Source: Hydrolagus affinis
Lineage: Eukaryota
Assembly: GCA_012026655.1 (NCBI GenBank)
Contig: JAAILG010000797.1
Location: 1 to 64,000 of the forward strand
Direction of reading: 5' to 3'
Length of the DNA stretch: 64,000 bases
The notes under the pieces are model-generated. The model was not told the origin of the DNA. It was given only the letters and a program-made list of their open reading frames with translations, and ran no database searches. A program made the translations under genes and the position numbers. Positions 26,952 to 41,080 of this stretch are shown one piece after another (positions within the stretch are counted from its first letter, which is position 1; each line of letters begins with the position of its first letter).

Positions 26952-27712
26952 GTAAGTCTACAGTCAATTCACTTTACAGTATATTGTGTGAAGTGCTTTG
27001 GTCTTCAATTTCCTTTCCTATACTGCCCTCTGTTCCCCTCTTCCTCCCTCGTATGTGTACCATGTTTCCTGTTCACCTACAAAGAATAGAGTCGATACAC
27101 TTCGCGGTAAATCCTTTGAGACATCCTTCACCTGACGTGAAAGTTGTGACAGTAACTTGCATTTATATAACGCTGTTCACAAGGGATTGCCATTTGAAGC
27201 ACTTAACGGTGGCAGAACTGATCGCCAAGGTGGGGAGAGAGTGGGGAAGTGCCCATACATACATTTGAGGAAGAAGGTCTTCAGGTGTGATCGGAAGACA
27301 GTCAAGGAGGGGGCAATGAGGAGGGATTGAGACAAAGAATTCCAGTGCTATGCATGTAGTGGCTAAAACCACGGTTACCAATGGCGGAACAGAGAGGACA
27401 AGGGACGTGCAAAATTGTCCTTGTATATCAAATGCAAGGATTGTTCTTTTGCTTAATACTATTCTTGCTTTTTGCTTCAACTTCCCTTAAGGTGAAAGGC
27501 GCTCCACAAATCTAATTTTGTTCTTGTTGTTCTGCCTCATGTATACATCAAACTTTTTCTTAAATGCGTTATTGCTAATTGCTTCAACTGGAACTTCCAG
27601 TTGATTTCCACCTGCTCACCTCCCTCTGCAAGAAGATGTGAAGCCCACACATCTAACCCTGTTAGATCCACTGCTAGCTTTCTTGTATTTACACCTTTTT
27701 CTTTAATTAGAT

Positions 27713-27812
27713 NNNNNNNNNNNNNNNNNNNNNNNNNNNNNNNNNNNNNNNNNNNNNNNNNNNNNNNNNNNNNNNNNNNNNNNNNNNNNNNNNNNNNNNN
27801 NNNNNNNNNNNN
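27713..27812. other. Assembly gap (100 N)
   Basis: N run. Confidence 1.
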
Positions 27813-29724
27813 CCCCCCCCCCCCCCCAACCCCCCCACCACTGCCTGAACATCAGAAGCAGTGATCCAGGACACTGCCCTATGTGAAGGGCAGTATATAA
27901 ATGCAAGTTGTTGTTGTTGTTGAACCTACTCCATATGGTTGTCTAACTGGGAAATGACACATTTTCTGGAGACATGATGTAAATAAGTCCCAATGGCAGT
28001 TCTGGAACCCATGACCTCCTTGTTGCTTGTCAAGTGTTCAGATGTTTGAGCTTCCAGGCCATCTAATAATTAACTTAGGAATTGCAAGATACTGGCACAG
28101 CCCTGGTGCACTCTGCTTTGCGTGAGGTTATTGCTCTGTGAGGAGAGCTCTATTGGATTCCTCAATGACAACAACAACAAGTTGCACTTGTATAGCGCCT
28201 TTCACAGTCAGGGTTTTTTGGATCTTGCTGGGAGTTGGATTCAGGAGCGATGGAGAGCAGGGGAGATAAGGATTGGGAGGGTGGCCAAAGGCACCATCAA
28301 AGGGGAAGATTGTTAGACGGGACGCACGCATAAAACATTGAAATGGGTATGACCAGAGGGAACCTTGAAGGTGGAGGTAAAAGCCAATCAAAGGTGTTAT
28401 TTTTAACAGCTCGTGTGCCCAGAAATAGTTTATCCACCAAATAAACAAGAAGCGCCCAGGCATAATTCCAATGTTTTTGACCTAGGGTTAATATTTACTA
28501 GAGCCTGCAGGTGCTTGACTGTGGGTGTTTGCTGAAGTGTAGCAAAAGCATTGTGTCAGGCAAAGGCTGAATTTTCTTTAGCATTTTTTCATTGCTGACA
28601 AACTGCTGGTGGATCCTTTAATATACTTTGCAACCCTCAACCTTTTTTGGGGGGGAAAGAAAGACATCAAAACAAGCCTTTGGCAACTCAGTGAAAAGTG
28701 GAGTGAAAAGTGTGACCCGACTCGCAGCTTCGCAGATAAAAACCCTAACAAGGAGGTTTTATGGAGAAGCAGATTTCCAACCCCAATGTGATTTTATACA
28801 ACTCTCTTCAACCAAAAATTGGTTTTGTTGTCAAGCTTGAATTGTGTCCTAATGCCGCTGGCCGAGTGTCTGTGATTGAATTTACAGTGTGTGTACTGTT
28901 AACACATGCGGACATTGGGTTGCAAGATTAATCAAAGCTAAAATATCACATTTCGAATCATTTCCATTGTGGTTGGTGAGGAGAGATAAGTGGTGTGGTG
29001 GTGGAGTGGGGAGGGTGCTAGGGTGTAGGGGTCATCTATTGTGTGGTATTTGCCAACTGGATTTGTTACGTGTGCTTGTTATGGCTCCCGGTTTGCACTG
29101 GAAAGTTGCACAGGCTAATTTCACAGTTGGCAAACTGCCAGCAAAAGTTCGAGGAAAAGTTTGCAAGTTTGCCAGGGAGCCGGTCATTTCGAAGAAGGTG
29201 AGGTGAAAAGGGCAAAGGCCTCAAGTCAAGGAATAATGACTGCATTAACTAGTGGCCAATATATGTCTTATCCAACAAGTGGATTTCATTCACAATTTTC
29301 CCTCCTCCTTCAAAGTTAAGTTTCGTTTAGTCAGGATGGGCTACACTGACTGACCAGGCCAGAGAGATCAATGTGTTAAAGCAGTAGAAAGCGTCCTAGC
29401 TACGGGACAAAACAGGCTTGTGCTCATTCTCCTTACCCCCGAGGAAAGAAATCACTCAAGGACTTTGAAGCTTTCCAGTCAGGGACTGAGCCAAGAACAG
29501 ATCCGATCATGTATAATTTAAAAGGCATTTCATTCCACATCAACCCTCTGCGGTTGCAAACATGCAGCTAATCTAGTCATTGTTTAGTTTTGTAAAGGTT
29601 TTTTTTAAATAAAGTGTTCTGCATCTCCCTGTTATATTTTATATATGTAAATATAGATATATATATACACTCACACTGAGAGATCTGCACAGACAACCTC
29701 AGGAATATGGAGCTATTTGACTGT

Positions 29725-29990
29725 TAAGAACAGGAAAACAGGAACAAAGAGAGGCCATTCAGCCCATCGAGCCTGTCCCATCAGTTTAATACATTTTGGC
29801 CGATCTGTTCATCCAATGCCTCGTCCTTTGCTATACCCTTTAATGCCTCTCACACCAAGTAACTGTTTCTTTCTGCTTTATCCCCTTATCAATTCGTCCT
29901 CTACAACTCTCTGTGACAGAGCATTCCACAGCTTCACAACCCTCTGTGTGAAGAAATACTTCCTGACCTCAGCTCTCCCTGCCTTGGCTC
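29725..29990 (-). mobile_element. CR1-type LINE 3' fragment
   Basis: aggccattcagcccatcgagcctg and gcattccacagcttcacaaccctctgtgtgaagaaatacttcct are typical antisense CR1 3' ends. Confidence 0.55.
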
Positions 29991-31772
29991 TATTCATCCC
30001 GTCTCTTGTGTTAATGTTCACAGTTCTGCGCTTCATTACATCTTAATTAAGCCCCTGCTTTAACGACCCTGTCAGCGTGTGTTAGTCATATCAGAGGGCG
30101 GATTTATTCATTTTGATTGCAGGAGTGAGTTTTTTTGGCGACAAGGTGGGTCATTCGGTTCATTTAAATTGCAAAGTTTCTTTATTCATTCAGGCGATGG
30201 GTTGTCAAACCCACAAAAGTCAAATCTGCACGAGCACAATGTACATTTTATTAGTTTGGAAGAGAAGAAATGTTTCAACATGAATGTAAGGCAATAATGA
30301 AGATGTATGATGCCACTATAAAGAGTTATAAATACATTACAGGTTTGAAACATCTTCACAAGAAAGATGAACAATAATTAGCGTTTAAACCTGGCTATAT
30401 TTACATATTGACTAGAAGCAAAAGGCAGTATGCTATTGGGATTTAATGTCTTGAAATTTAATTGAATGACCCATTCACTTATGTAGGAGCAAGCACTCTG
30501 GGGATCACATTGTGTGAGGGGTGAATGCAAGTTGTTGTTTTTTCTACAGAGTCCCATGGCTAGAAATCCTATTGTGATTAAGCCTGTACAGTACTACCAT
30601 TTTTGTCTTTGAATTTAAGATTGCAGAGGATTGTGTAAAAATGATTAAATTCAAAGATTCAAATTCAAAATTTATGAGTCAAAATTCAAGTACTGTACAT
30701 ACATGTTTCAGGAGCCATATGGACAAGTAAGAATGAATATGGACTTCAACTATTTGAAATTCACGTAACAATCATTCCTGTGATCCGTTGTGGGAGCTAC
30801 AATTTGCAATTTCTGGGGCTTGATTTGCCTATGTTCCTGAGTTGAAATATCTGCCATGTAATCTTCAAAATAGGGGGCAGTGAGCGTGTCTTGAAGACAC
30901 TTTCTTTAGTGAAAGGGCAACCGACATGTGGAACTGATTACTGGTATTGATGATGGATCAACCAACTACAAAAGGTTTGAAAATGGAACTAGGCAAGTTC
31001 CACTCAATTGAAGGATCTTGGGGTTATATGATGTAGTGATAAATATACTGAGGAATCTCGTGGGGAAATTAGATGCAGAGACAACATGAGATATTTACTT
31101 TGCTTCAAGTGACTATTACAACAACCATAACTCATACTTTAAGATGCTCTGAGACGGTACCATAATATGTTGAACTCAGGTCCTGTCTGCTTGCCCAGAT
31201 AGACATTAAATATCCCACGGCACTATTCAAAAAGAGTAGCAAGTTTCTCCCAGTATCCTGGCCAACATTCCCCCAAATATAATTAGCTGTATTTGCGTCA
31301 TTGCTGCGCACACCCACAACATACACAGTCATTGAACTTCACAGGATATTCTGTGAAGCCTTTGAAAATGTATCAACAATATGGTAAGCTACTATATAAA
31401 TTCCAAGGATTATCATTATTATAATGTGGCTTAATATGAGTATTAATGAAGAGAATACTTGTATATTGACATAATTTCAAATGCAAATGCAAGGATTATT
31501 ATTATCAATACCAATAGTGTAGTGATGACAGTGCTAGCTAGCACTCATTAACAGAACTTAAACATAGCATTCAGTAATTGGTAAAGAAATAAATCAATAT
31601 TTCTGCCTTTGGTTTTGAACTGTTATTTTAAAACGGCTTGAGATTTAAACAACAGCAACAACTTGCATTTGTGTAGCATCCTTTCAAGCACTTCTTAGGG
31701 TTAAAGTGTTTTGTGTTTTGATTTTTCTCCTGAAAATAAATTTCCTAAATAAGATTCAAATCTTCTCTACAG

Positions 31773-31844
31773 GCATCTCCATAACAACAATATCCAGTCC
31801 CTCGGAAGGAATTGCTTTGATGGACTCCACAGTCTGGAGACGCT
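31773..31844 (+). CDS. LGR6: LGR6 exon 6 ([24 protein letters not shown])
   Basis: ctctacag acceptor, gtaagt donor, 72 nt. Confidence 0.95.
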
Positions 31845-34800
31845 GTAAGTAATTTTAATTTCTGCTTGTGCTGTAAATGCCCGCATGGATCACAAACCAA
31901 CAAGAATTTGCGTTTGTATAGTGCCCTTAACTCGGAGGGTTTAATCATGGCATCGGTCTCAGCTGACATTGTTTCCGATAACCTGGGCTTCAAAGGACAC
32001 CCGCATTTATAGCGGACTTCTAACTCCAGTGAGGAGTATTGTTATTGCGTTGTCTTGTGTTAACCTCTCATTACTAAGATCATGAGACTGAATCATAGTA
32101 GGGTTTTTTTTGTATAGAATAAATGATGCCTGGTAATCATTACTTGAAAATAGACTGTTAATGATATGGCTGCTGGCAACATGTTGATATATTTCCAAAC
32201 TCACTTAAGTTTTAACTCTTCACTCGCCTAGAGTTGTCCATAACTCTTCACGTGTCCTTTTAACTGGAGAAAATTGAATCAATATTAAGGATTAAAAATA
32301 GTATTTAAAAAAACTGACAGCCAACATGGATTATTCACAAGTTCATTCTAAAAGAGCTCAGAGGGCAACAGTCAGCATGGATTATTTTCATGTGTGTAAA
32401 ACAAAATCTGTAAAACTTCTTTGAGGAGATAACTCGATTAGCAGACTCGGTGAATATAATCTACTTGGGTTTTTAGAATAAATGTACCAAAATCTCCGCG
32501 TGTGAAAAGGGATTAAGAGTCCTAGAATTGGTGTTAGTTTAGCAAAAAGATTTCTAATAAATTTGGCAGAAAAAGCAGAAGATCCCAAGTGAAACTATCT
32601 TGTGTTATGAAGACAGACCTCTTGATCTCATCTTTCCAGAAAGCCAATTCTACCGTCTTCACCTTTGCAGCATTAAACCCTTGCTTCAGTGAGGCTCATG
32701 TCTTGGACTGCACCACATCTTGTGGTAACCTATCCATCCTCTTCTGTACATAAAATACATCCTGAGGGACTGTTCTGTAATTCCCTTCCAAAGGCAAGGA
32801 AGCTTTTCCTCTCGTTCTGCTGCAGTGTAAAGTACTCTAAAGCAATGACTAAAATGAATCAATCACTGTGGGAAAATAATCAATCACTGTGGGAAATGTG
32901 CAAGCACCCCTTACCTTGGCTCAGAGCCGTTTAAACTTTCTGGCGTGTTTACGATAGAGGGAATAATTTCTCAAATTGTACCTTTTGTCTCACAAGAACC
33001 AATGTTCATAAAAATATGAACAAATATAGTCTGCAATTAATCCTGGTATGGTTTTGCTGTTGGCTGCATTACACACGCTGTGATCATAAAGTGACCATTA
33101 TCCTCCTAATAATGCCCTCTGGTTCTAGAATTTAGCGCGCTTAGAAATCCTGAAAGGCTTTGATTTTCGGTTTTACACATCCTCAATATTTCCAGAAAAA
33201 TGTAAGACGCAACATAATGGAAAGAGGCGCCAGTATTACTTGGCCAATGTATGGTTTCTGCTTGTGCTGATATCATCTTTGGCCAAGAGCCCTGAGATTT
33301 ATTGAGAGCCCGGGAGATATCTTTGTTGCATTACATAATCCTCTTGTTTACAATTTAAACGATTATAGGATCACAACAGAACACAAAAGGGATTTGGATA
33401 AAGAAGGCCCAATGGCCCATTTGATCTCATCCCTCCAGAACATTGGCAACTCACAGTAGCATTTAGCAGTTTCTTCAACCAGCCTAGTAACCGGGCTTCA
33501 CCTATTCGACCCATTCCAACTGTAAATCCGCACCTTCGTTCCCCGCTCACTGGGTGTACCTGAACATGTTGCTTCTAGGTTATTCACTCTATCTAACCCA
33601 TTAATAGTAATAATCCTTGTTGTGTGTAAAGTTAGCTAATCTGATCTCCTATAGAATACAGAGTTCCGACACTTCACCGATTTTTACTGTAAATCCTTCG
33701 AATCGCATTTGGGCTTTCCCTCGACATGAAAGTTACTACATCAAATACAAAGATTAGTATATTAAGATCCCGATATCTATCTCTGCATGCATGGTTGAAA
33801 CGTCACTGACGGAAGTGAATGCCTTTTGAAAAACTTACCACTCGCGAATAATTGTCAACTTTCCTTTTGATCTTTGGCGACTCTCATTCAAGTGATTTGG
33901 CAGGTCTGGACTATTATCTGGTCAGATGGAAACCATGATATTTCTATTCTTCAAATGGAGAGACAATGAACGCAGAAACTGTTTATTTTCTTAACCAGTA
34001 AGGAGGGGGAACTTGCATTTAAGACTAAAAAGTATTTGATCTCTTTTTCCCTTGCTAAATTGATTTTTAAAAGTTTATTTATTTAGGGTCAGAGCACTTT
34101 GTTGGGGAGGACATTTCTCTGCGGGTCATCTCACAGGTTGATACTTAAAAAGGCTTTGAAAACACTGGATAAAACCAAGCAGCTGTTGGAAAAACTAACT
34201 GGGAATTAGAGCTTTTGCTGAGACAGATTGTCACTATTTCAGAACCTGTGATTTCACTAATTTTTTTTAACACAAGTGAATATTTTGTTTTCGTTGAAAT
34301 CCGATCCTTAACAGGACATCGATTTGTATTGTAGTGTAAAGCATCAGTGGGAATTAAGAGCAAATGAATGCCTTCCGCTCAATACTTCATTATAATTACT
34401 GTGGAAAGTTCAAGACCAAGGGTGGAATAGACAAACAATAGCAACAGTTTTGTGTTTAGACACTGGGAAGCCATCTCAAGACATTGAATCCACTGGGACC
34501 TGAACTGGAATCAAGTGGATGGGGAAAGGTGACCAAAAGCGCTGTGTAAAACAAGGCTGTAAAAGTGTGGACAGTTGGAGTGGGAAATATTAAAGAACTG
34601 GCTGTTATCCCAGTCGCTACAACACATCTACCTGGACTGATGTGATTCCTAAAAAGCACATTAGGGGCAGAAATTGATCCAAAGATCACTAAGAGTTAGA
34701 TTTCGCGAAGTGGGGGTGTGCGGATGGGGGTTGAAATCAAAGTCAGATGGCTTGAAGTGGAGGGATCTTCAAAGGGAGTTCGGGAGAGTGGGGATATGCT

Positions 34801-37800
34801 TGCTGAAAGCACTGCAGCCGAGGTGAAAATCGCAACATATAATATGGTGACCATCACCGGTGATCATTACCACAGCAGGGAGGATTCCACCAAATAAATA
34901 TCCTTGCACGGGTATATCCTCCTACCCTCAGCCCCCATATCTCACCTCTCTGAATCCTTGAACTTCATAGTAGCTGTAGTTGGGGCTGTAGCTGCCATTA
35001 CGAATAACATTTGAGCCCAGGTTTAAACTCCCAATTGTCTTTGTCGGGTCTCCGCAGAGAAGATACTTCCCTCCCTGAGTACAGCTTCCCACTTGCTTTC
35101 ATATCTTTCCCGCGGCTAATATTCCTTTTAAGTTCAAACTAACTTTAATGGAGTAGATGTTTTTTTTTTGTTGACAGAGAACAAGTTACACCCTGCAGTT
35201 TTTGGACAAGGCTCCATTAATTAATACAGCATATAAATCACCTCTTATTCTTTCAATAATCAGACTGACTAAGTCTGTACAATAAGTAATTCAAAGCAGC
35301 TGGCAGTAGATTTGGATTTTGACTCACCTCTGTTGCAATAGAGTTTACAATGCTAATAGTGAATTTGGCAAGGAAGTCAACCATTTATAAAAGCCTCTAT
35401 TGTCTCCTATCTACAACAAATATTGCAGCTTAGTTTAAGAGATAAAATATATAAAGTACTTCTCCTTAAATAAAAGCTTTGATGTTTTTTTTCCATGGAT
35501 CTGACTAATGGTTAAGATTTGTGAATGAACATGATATATAAAAACGACTACAAAACAGTCTCCGCTTATTAAAGGGTATAACAGTGATGACACGTCACTG
35601 AACTGCATTTAGAGTCTGATTCGTTCTTTCGTATCGTGTTCTTTCACAAATCATAGCTGTTAGTCAGATTTCACGAGCACATCAAAGATTTGCTTTGTCC
35701 GCTATATCACACACACAAAACTAACTCTGTCATATATTTTCAGGCAGATAAATAGGCAGCTATTAAGAGCTTTGTTCAGCACAAACTGACCACAAATCTA
35801 GCCCAGGGGTATGAATGTTTATCAGGCTACATATTCTCTCGTTTGATAGTTCAGGAGAAATGTGTGTTGGTGAGACACAGCACTGTAAACATGCACTGTG
35901 TTGTAGCATTTTCTTTTGGAACAACAACAAAATTACATTTGCAATGTGTCTTTCACGTTGGGAGGACATCCCAAGATGCTGAACATTCAGGGGTCAGGAC
36001 CCAACCATGGGTGGGAAGGGAGCAGGGTTGGGTGAGGGAAAGAGGGAAAGGTGTCCCTTTCCCGACAATATAAGGAATTATTGAGTACCATGTTTGGACC
36101 TAAAATAATATACTGTAGCACTGTCAAAGCTATATTACATCACGCTAACTGCTTATTTATGGTTAGCGTAACTTTTGGGAATTCCTTCCCTTTCCCCCAC
36201 AAAACGTACAGTCAAGTCACTTTACAGTATAATCAGTGAAGCACTTGGAGGCTTGTTGAAGACGTGATGAGACGCGACAACAAATGCAAGGATTATTATT
36301 ATTACCAAGATAAATGTTCTTTTACGGTCAATAGGTTTAGCAGTGACATTCTCGAAGCTCATCTTAGAACTAACAGTCGTGCGTGTTTGGGAAGAACATT
36401 GCTGAGCATGTCCCTTTCAGTGGCGAACATTCTTTTCCAAAGTATCTATGAATTGGCATCTCTTAAAGGCCGGGCTCGCAGGTGCACATGACGCTACCAT
36501 CTTATCTGTGGTGTCCTCAGACAGGTGTAGATTTTTACCAATGTCACATCGTATCAGACTGGCACACAGTTTGACACAGGGTGAACCCAAAAACAGTTTG
36601 GAAGCTCAGCTGCACAAACAATAAAGAAGCTATAAAACTCTCAACTTCCTTCAATTAGCGCGCAATATTGGCAATAGTACAGTTTTTAAAAGAAAAACAC
36701 ACCTTGAGACTGCCAGCGAAAAGAGTTGCCATTCCGAAAAGTTTCTCCCAACAATGTTGGGAACAGCACCTGCTCAGCTTCTGTTTGTGAAGTTGTTCGA
36801 TGTTCTACTGGATGCAATGAATTCATGGCTTTATGCGCTTTGAGACTTCTCAATGACGTGGTAAGGTGCTGTATCAAATGCAATTTTTATTACTGTATTA
36901 TGCTACTGTCCCGACTCCACATCCTGTGAAGTGATGGACCTGTGGAGTAAGTATGAACATACCCCAACATCAGCTGTCTGATCAAGATGCTGGAAACGTC
37001 TATTTTCCCCCACTTTATTTACAGTAATCATTTAAGCAGAATAATCTTTGGGAAACTGATGGTGGTTGGAACTTATTTGTTCCACCCTATAACCCCGGAG
37101 CTTTGATTTACTGCATTGAGCAGCTCAACTTTTCTGTATGAGCAGAGATAAGTTTCCTTCCTCAAGATACAGTAGATAATATTAATAATTCCAATAATAA
37201 TCCTTGCAATTAATACAGCTCCTTATCACATCTTCAAGAAGTCTCAAAATGCTTCATAGAATATACTGTCAAGTGAATTGACTGTATATTTTGTGGGCGA
37301 AAAGTGGCTGCCAATTGCGCACAGCAATGCTACACAAGCACTGGATACAGCTATCAAGCTTGTACAGGTTTCAGCTTTGCTCTCTAGCAAATAGGATGAG
37401 ATTGATAAGTTTGCATCTTTATTCCTTGATGTACATCCTTCAGTAAAAGTTTGCATTTTGAAAGCAACCTTGGGAAACACTAGCTTCGTGTTGATGTTAA
37501 CATTCAGTAATGTTTGAATGAATCCATTAAAATTAACCCGTTAGATTTGCAACCAGCAATGAAATCGCATCAACACCGGTATATGGAAGCCGAGAGGGAG
37601 CAGCTTATAACCAGATTTATGGGTGATTAAAAATGTTTGTATCACAGTACTAAGAAAAGGCAGTGATAAACTGGAAATTGAGGAATAATTATCTTATGCC
37701 TCGATAAAAGAAAGGTACGCAGAGACAAAGTCACTTTGAGCAACAAGATACGGAGACTGGGGTTATTTCATGAAGAGAGGAAGAGAAGAATGAGGGCTTT

Positions 37801-40619
37801 TGGCCAATTTGAGATATTCCATCCAGAATTGCCACCACCTACCATCTTCCTGTTAAAAGCTGTTTCTTTGTTGAGTCATGTGCTCATTTTCCTTGAAGTA
37901 ATCTACTTAACAGGGAATGGCAAAGGTCTTTGGAAAGGTGTCCTTTCCCAACAAGATGGGTCAGAGGTGCCTCCTGCCCTACACATAGCTTGTTTGGTTT
38001 TCCTGTGCTGTTAGTTAAGAATTATTGCGCACCCGCACAGAAGCATTGTAGAGAATGCTTATTGAGATTTGGAAACTGAATGAGTTACCCAGTAGTTCAT
38101 TTAGTTTAACGCAGGCGATTCATAATAAAACTTAAAACAAAGGATTAGAATGACTCGTCTATTTCTGTCCTTCCCTCACTTTAGATGTAAGAGAGAAGGG
38201 AGTTTCCCCCAGTGTCCTGGGCAACAATCCCTCTAAAATAAAATAGGTTTTGGGGCAATTGCTGTGTGCAAATTGCTTGTTATGCAGACCCACAAAATCC
38301 ATGCAGACACATACTTTGCAATATATCCTGTGACACACTTTGAGATGTCTCACAGATGTAATCAGGTGCTATATCAAATACAGCTATTATTATTATATGT
38401 AAAAACCTAAGAAGAAATTGGAACAGTCCTTCAAACAATGAAATGTCAGTGCCGCTAGGTGACAACGACAGTAACAACTTGCATTTATATAGCACCCTTT
38501 ATGCACGATAGTATCTTAGATTTTTGAACATTGGCGTCGTTTGATGCTTGAGTGACAAAGAGTTTGGTTTGTGGTTTGGCAAGCAGCGTGGCTGTTTATA
38601 AACAACTTTTACAGGTTCTTTTGATCTGATTCGGGGGAATTGATTCATCAGATGAATCAAGACTGAACCTCCAAATGAATTTCTCTCCAAATTACCAATA
38701 GTAGATGCGCGATAGGGCAGGTTTCCAGGCCTGACTTGAAAACTGTTCCCAGTGCTGTCTCACTTCAGGAATTACATTCTCCGTGTCTCACTCTGCGGAT
38801 ATGTTGGTCTCTGGATCTTATTCCCTTGTTCACTCCTCAGTGTTGGTTTTGGTGTCACTTCTAGAGTCCCTTTGATCATCAGATCTCATTCCCTAAATTA
38901 CTCGCAGGGTGTTGGCTTCTTAACACACGCCTCAGATCTTGTTGGGTCTCTTAATTCATTGTACAAATAACTCCCCTTAGGATGTTTCTGAAAAGTGAAT
39001 GTTTCATCAATATTGCAAGCTATTATTTTGCCCAACCAATATCACCACACCAAGTTAATGATTATGTTTGAGTGACATACAACTAAATGACTCACGACAT
39101 CACTTGAACTTGCTTATCCCTTTAGCAATTTTCCAATGTTTCTGTTACCGCGAATCAAGTCGTTTCTTCACAATGGTTTCAGACAAAACAAAAGAATGTG
39201 TTTAATCATTGAAATCAAGGTATCGTTCGAAAATGCTTCAGGCTTGACTTTTAAAATGTAAGTAATTTAATAAATAGTGAGGCATTTGATGAAGCACCAC
39301 AATTAAACACAAAATTCTAACAGCTAAACATTTGTAGAGTCCTGGCCAGTAGAGTTTTTCCTCTTGCACATCTACCTATGGACACATGTTCTTGATTCCT
39401 TAACTTGCAGCATCTTAAAGGAAACAAACAACAACTCCATGTGCTCTGGGACACTACCTTGAGTGACTGTATAAATGCAAGTTGTTTTTGTTGTTGTTAT
39501 CCTCCAGGTCTATCAGGTTTTCTTCATGCTGAAAAAGTTGGTGGGGATTTCCTTACGTAGTACGACATATAAGAATTAATTCTTTCTTTCTTTTGGTCTT
39601 TGCTCACAGCCAGGATCATCAGGTGGGCTTGCAAGACAGTCAATGTTTGTGAGAAGTCCCCTTTGGTGGAATGAAGATGCTTGTATTGGTTAGGAGAGTG
39701 TGCTTTTCGGCCCTCCTCGCCGGATAAACCCCCAAATATACGCCGAGGCCTCATATAGGGCCTGAAATATACAAAGTAGATTGGCTTACCGCTGAATTGT
39801 AAATATAAATGGTGGCAAGCCACATACCTGGAGAGGAATGACACCTGCTGGTTCTCCCAATTGTGTTCCTTGTGTTCGAAACCAACTAATTTAGGAATCG
39901 CACCCATTTCTATCCCAATGTTAGGCAAATAAAGATGTTCAGAAAGCCACCGAAATGGTGGACCCCTAGAGGTAGGAATTTATGTGGAACTTGTTGTCAG
40001 TTTATGGGTCAATGCTCCTTGACGACCTTCTCACTGAGAGTATATTTGATGAGTTCTTGCAGCTCCTCGCAACAGATAATGTGTCAAAAAAAAAGGGATA
40101 TTGGAAGGAAGAAAGCAAGTCAGGTGGAACTTTTTAACACAAAAGGTCATAGACCTAAGGAATAAGCTGCCAAGGCAAGGCAATGAAGCAAGAAACATGA
40201 ATGAGTTCAAGAGGCACCTGGACATATATCTGTAGAGAGAAAGGATTGAGAGAGATGGTACAAAGGGATAATCTAGAAAGGAAGTGCATTTCAGACTTAA
40301 TGATCTTATTCCTGCTCCTAATATTCTATTTTTCATGACGTGTTACACTAGACTGACTTTAAGATGGGATTTATAAAATTGCTATTTGTTATTTCTTTCT
40401 GGCAGGAAGACTCAAAAATGTGGAGCTTTCACGGTAACACGAGTACCTGAATTAGAAAATTGGGCACTGTCATTTTTGGGGTCTAATAGATGGCTATTTT
40501 TCACATACTTTAATGTTATTGTTTGCAAAACATCCATCGATTTTCATTTGTTTGCACTCATGTGTTCAACCACACTCTGGGCTCTGTTTCCCCAGTGCAT
40601 ATTTAGGTGTCAGCCTGGG

Positions 40620-41080
40620 TTGAGTTGATAGTAGTCTCGCCTCTGAGACAGAAGATTCTGAGTTCAAGCCATATGTCAGGACTTTGAACTCATATAGATT
40701 AGCTGACACTCCATACAATGCTGGTGATGTGCTGTTTTGTTGGAACTGACGTCCATCAGAAGAGACATTAAATCGAAATCCCACCTGCCTGATGAAGGGT
40801 CGTGGACCCGAAACGTTGAATCGCTTTCATTTTTCCATCGATGCTGCCTGACCTGCTGAGTTTTTCCAGCTCTCTGTTTTTGCTCAGGTGCAGGTTAAAG
40901 ATCCCAAGATACAAAAAGAGAAGGGAATACCCTCTGGTGTTTTGGCCAACAATCTCCCAAATTAAATTGATCATTCATTTTATGGTTTCTTGAGGGAAAT
41001 GCATTGCTGCACTCAAAATTGGATCCTAAATTCACTTACAAAATCCTGTGTCTACAGTAAATCCTGTGAATCGTTTTGCG
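40620..41080 (+). mobile_element. Older Deu-domain SINE with a nested Penelope-like fragment
   Basis: ctcgcctctgagacagaag head; body interrupted at 40789-40882. Confidence 0.6.
40789..40882 (+). mobile_element. Penelope-like terminal fragment with minimal hammerhead core
   Basis: CTGATGA-A-GGGTC-gtg-GACCC-GAAACGTT, then gatgctgcctgacctgctgag..ttccagc, homologous to the 51270-51498 element. Confidence 0.65.
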
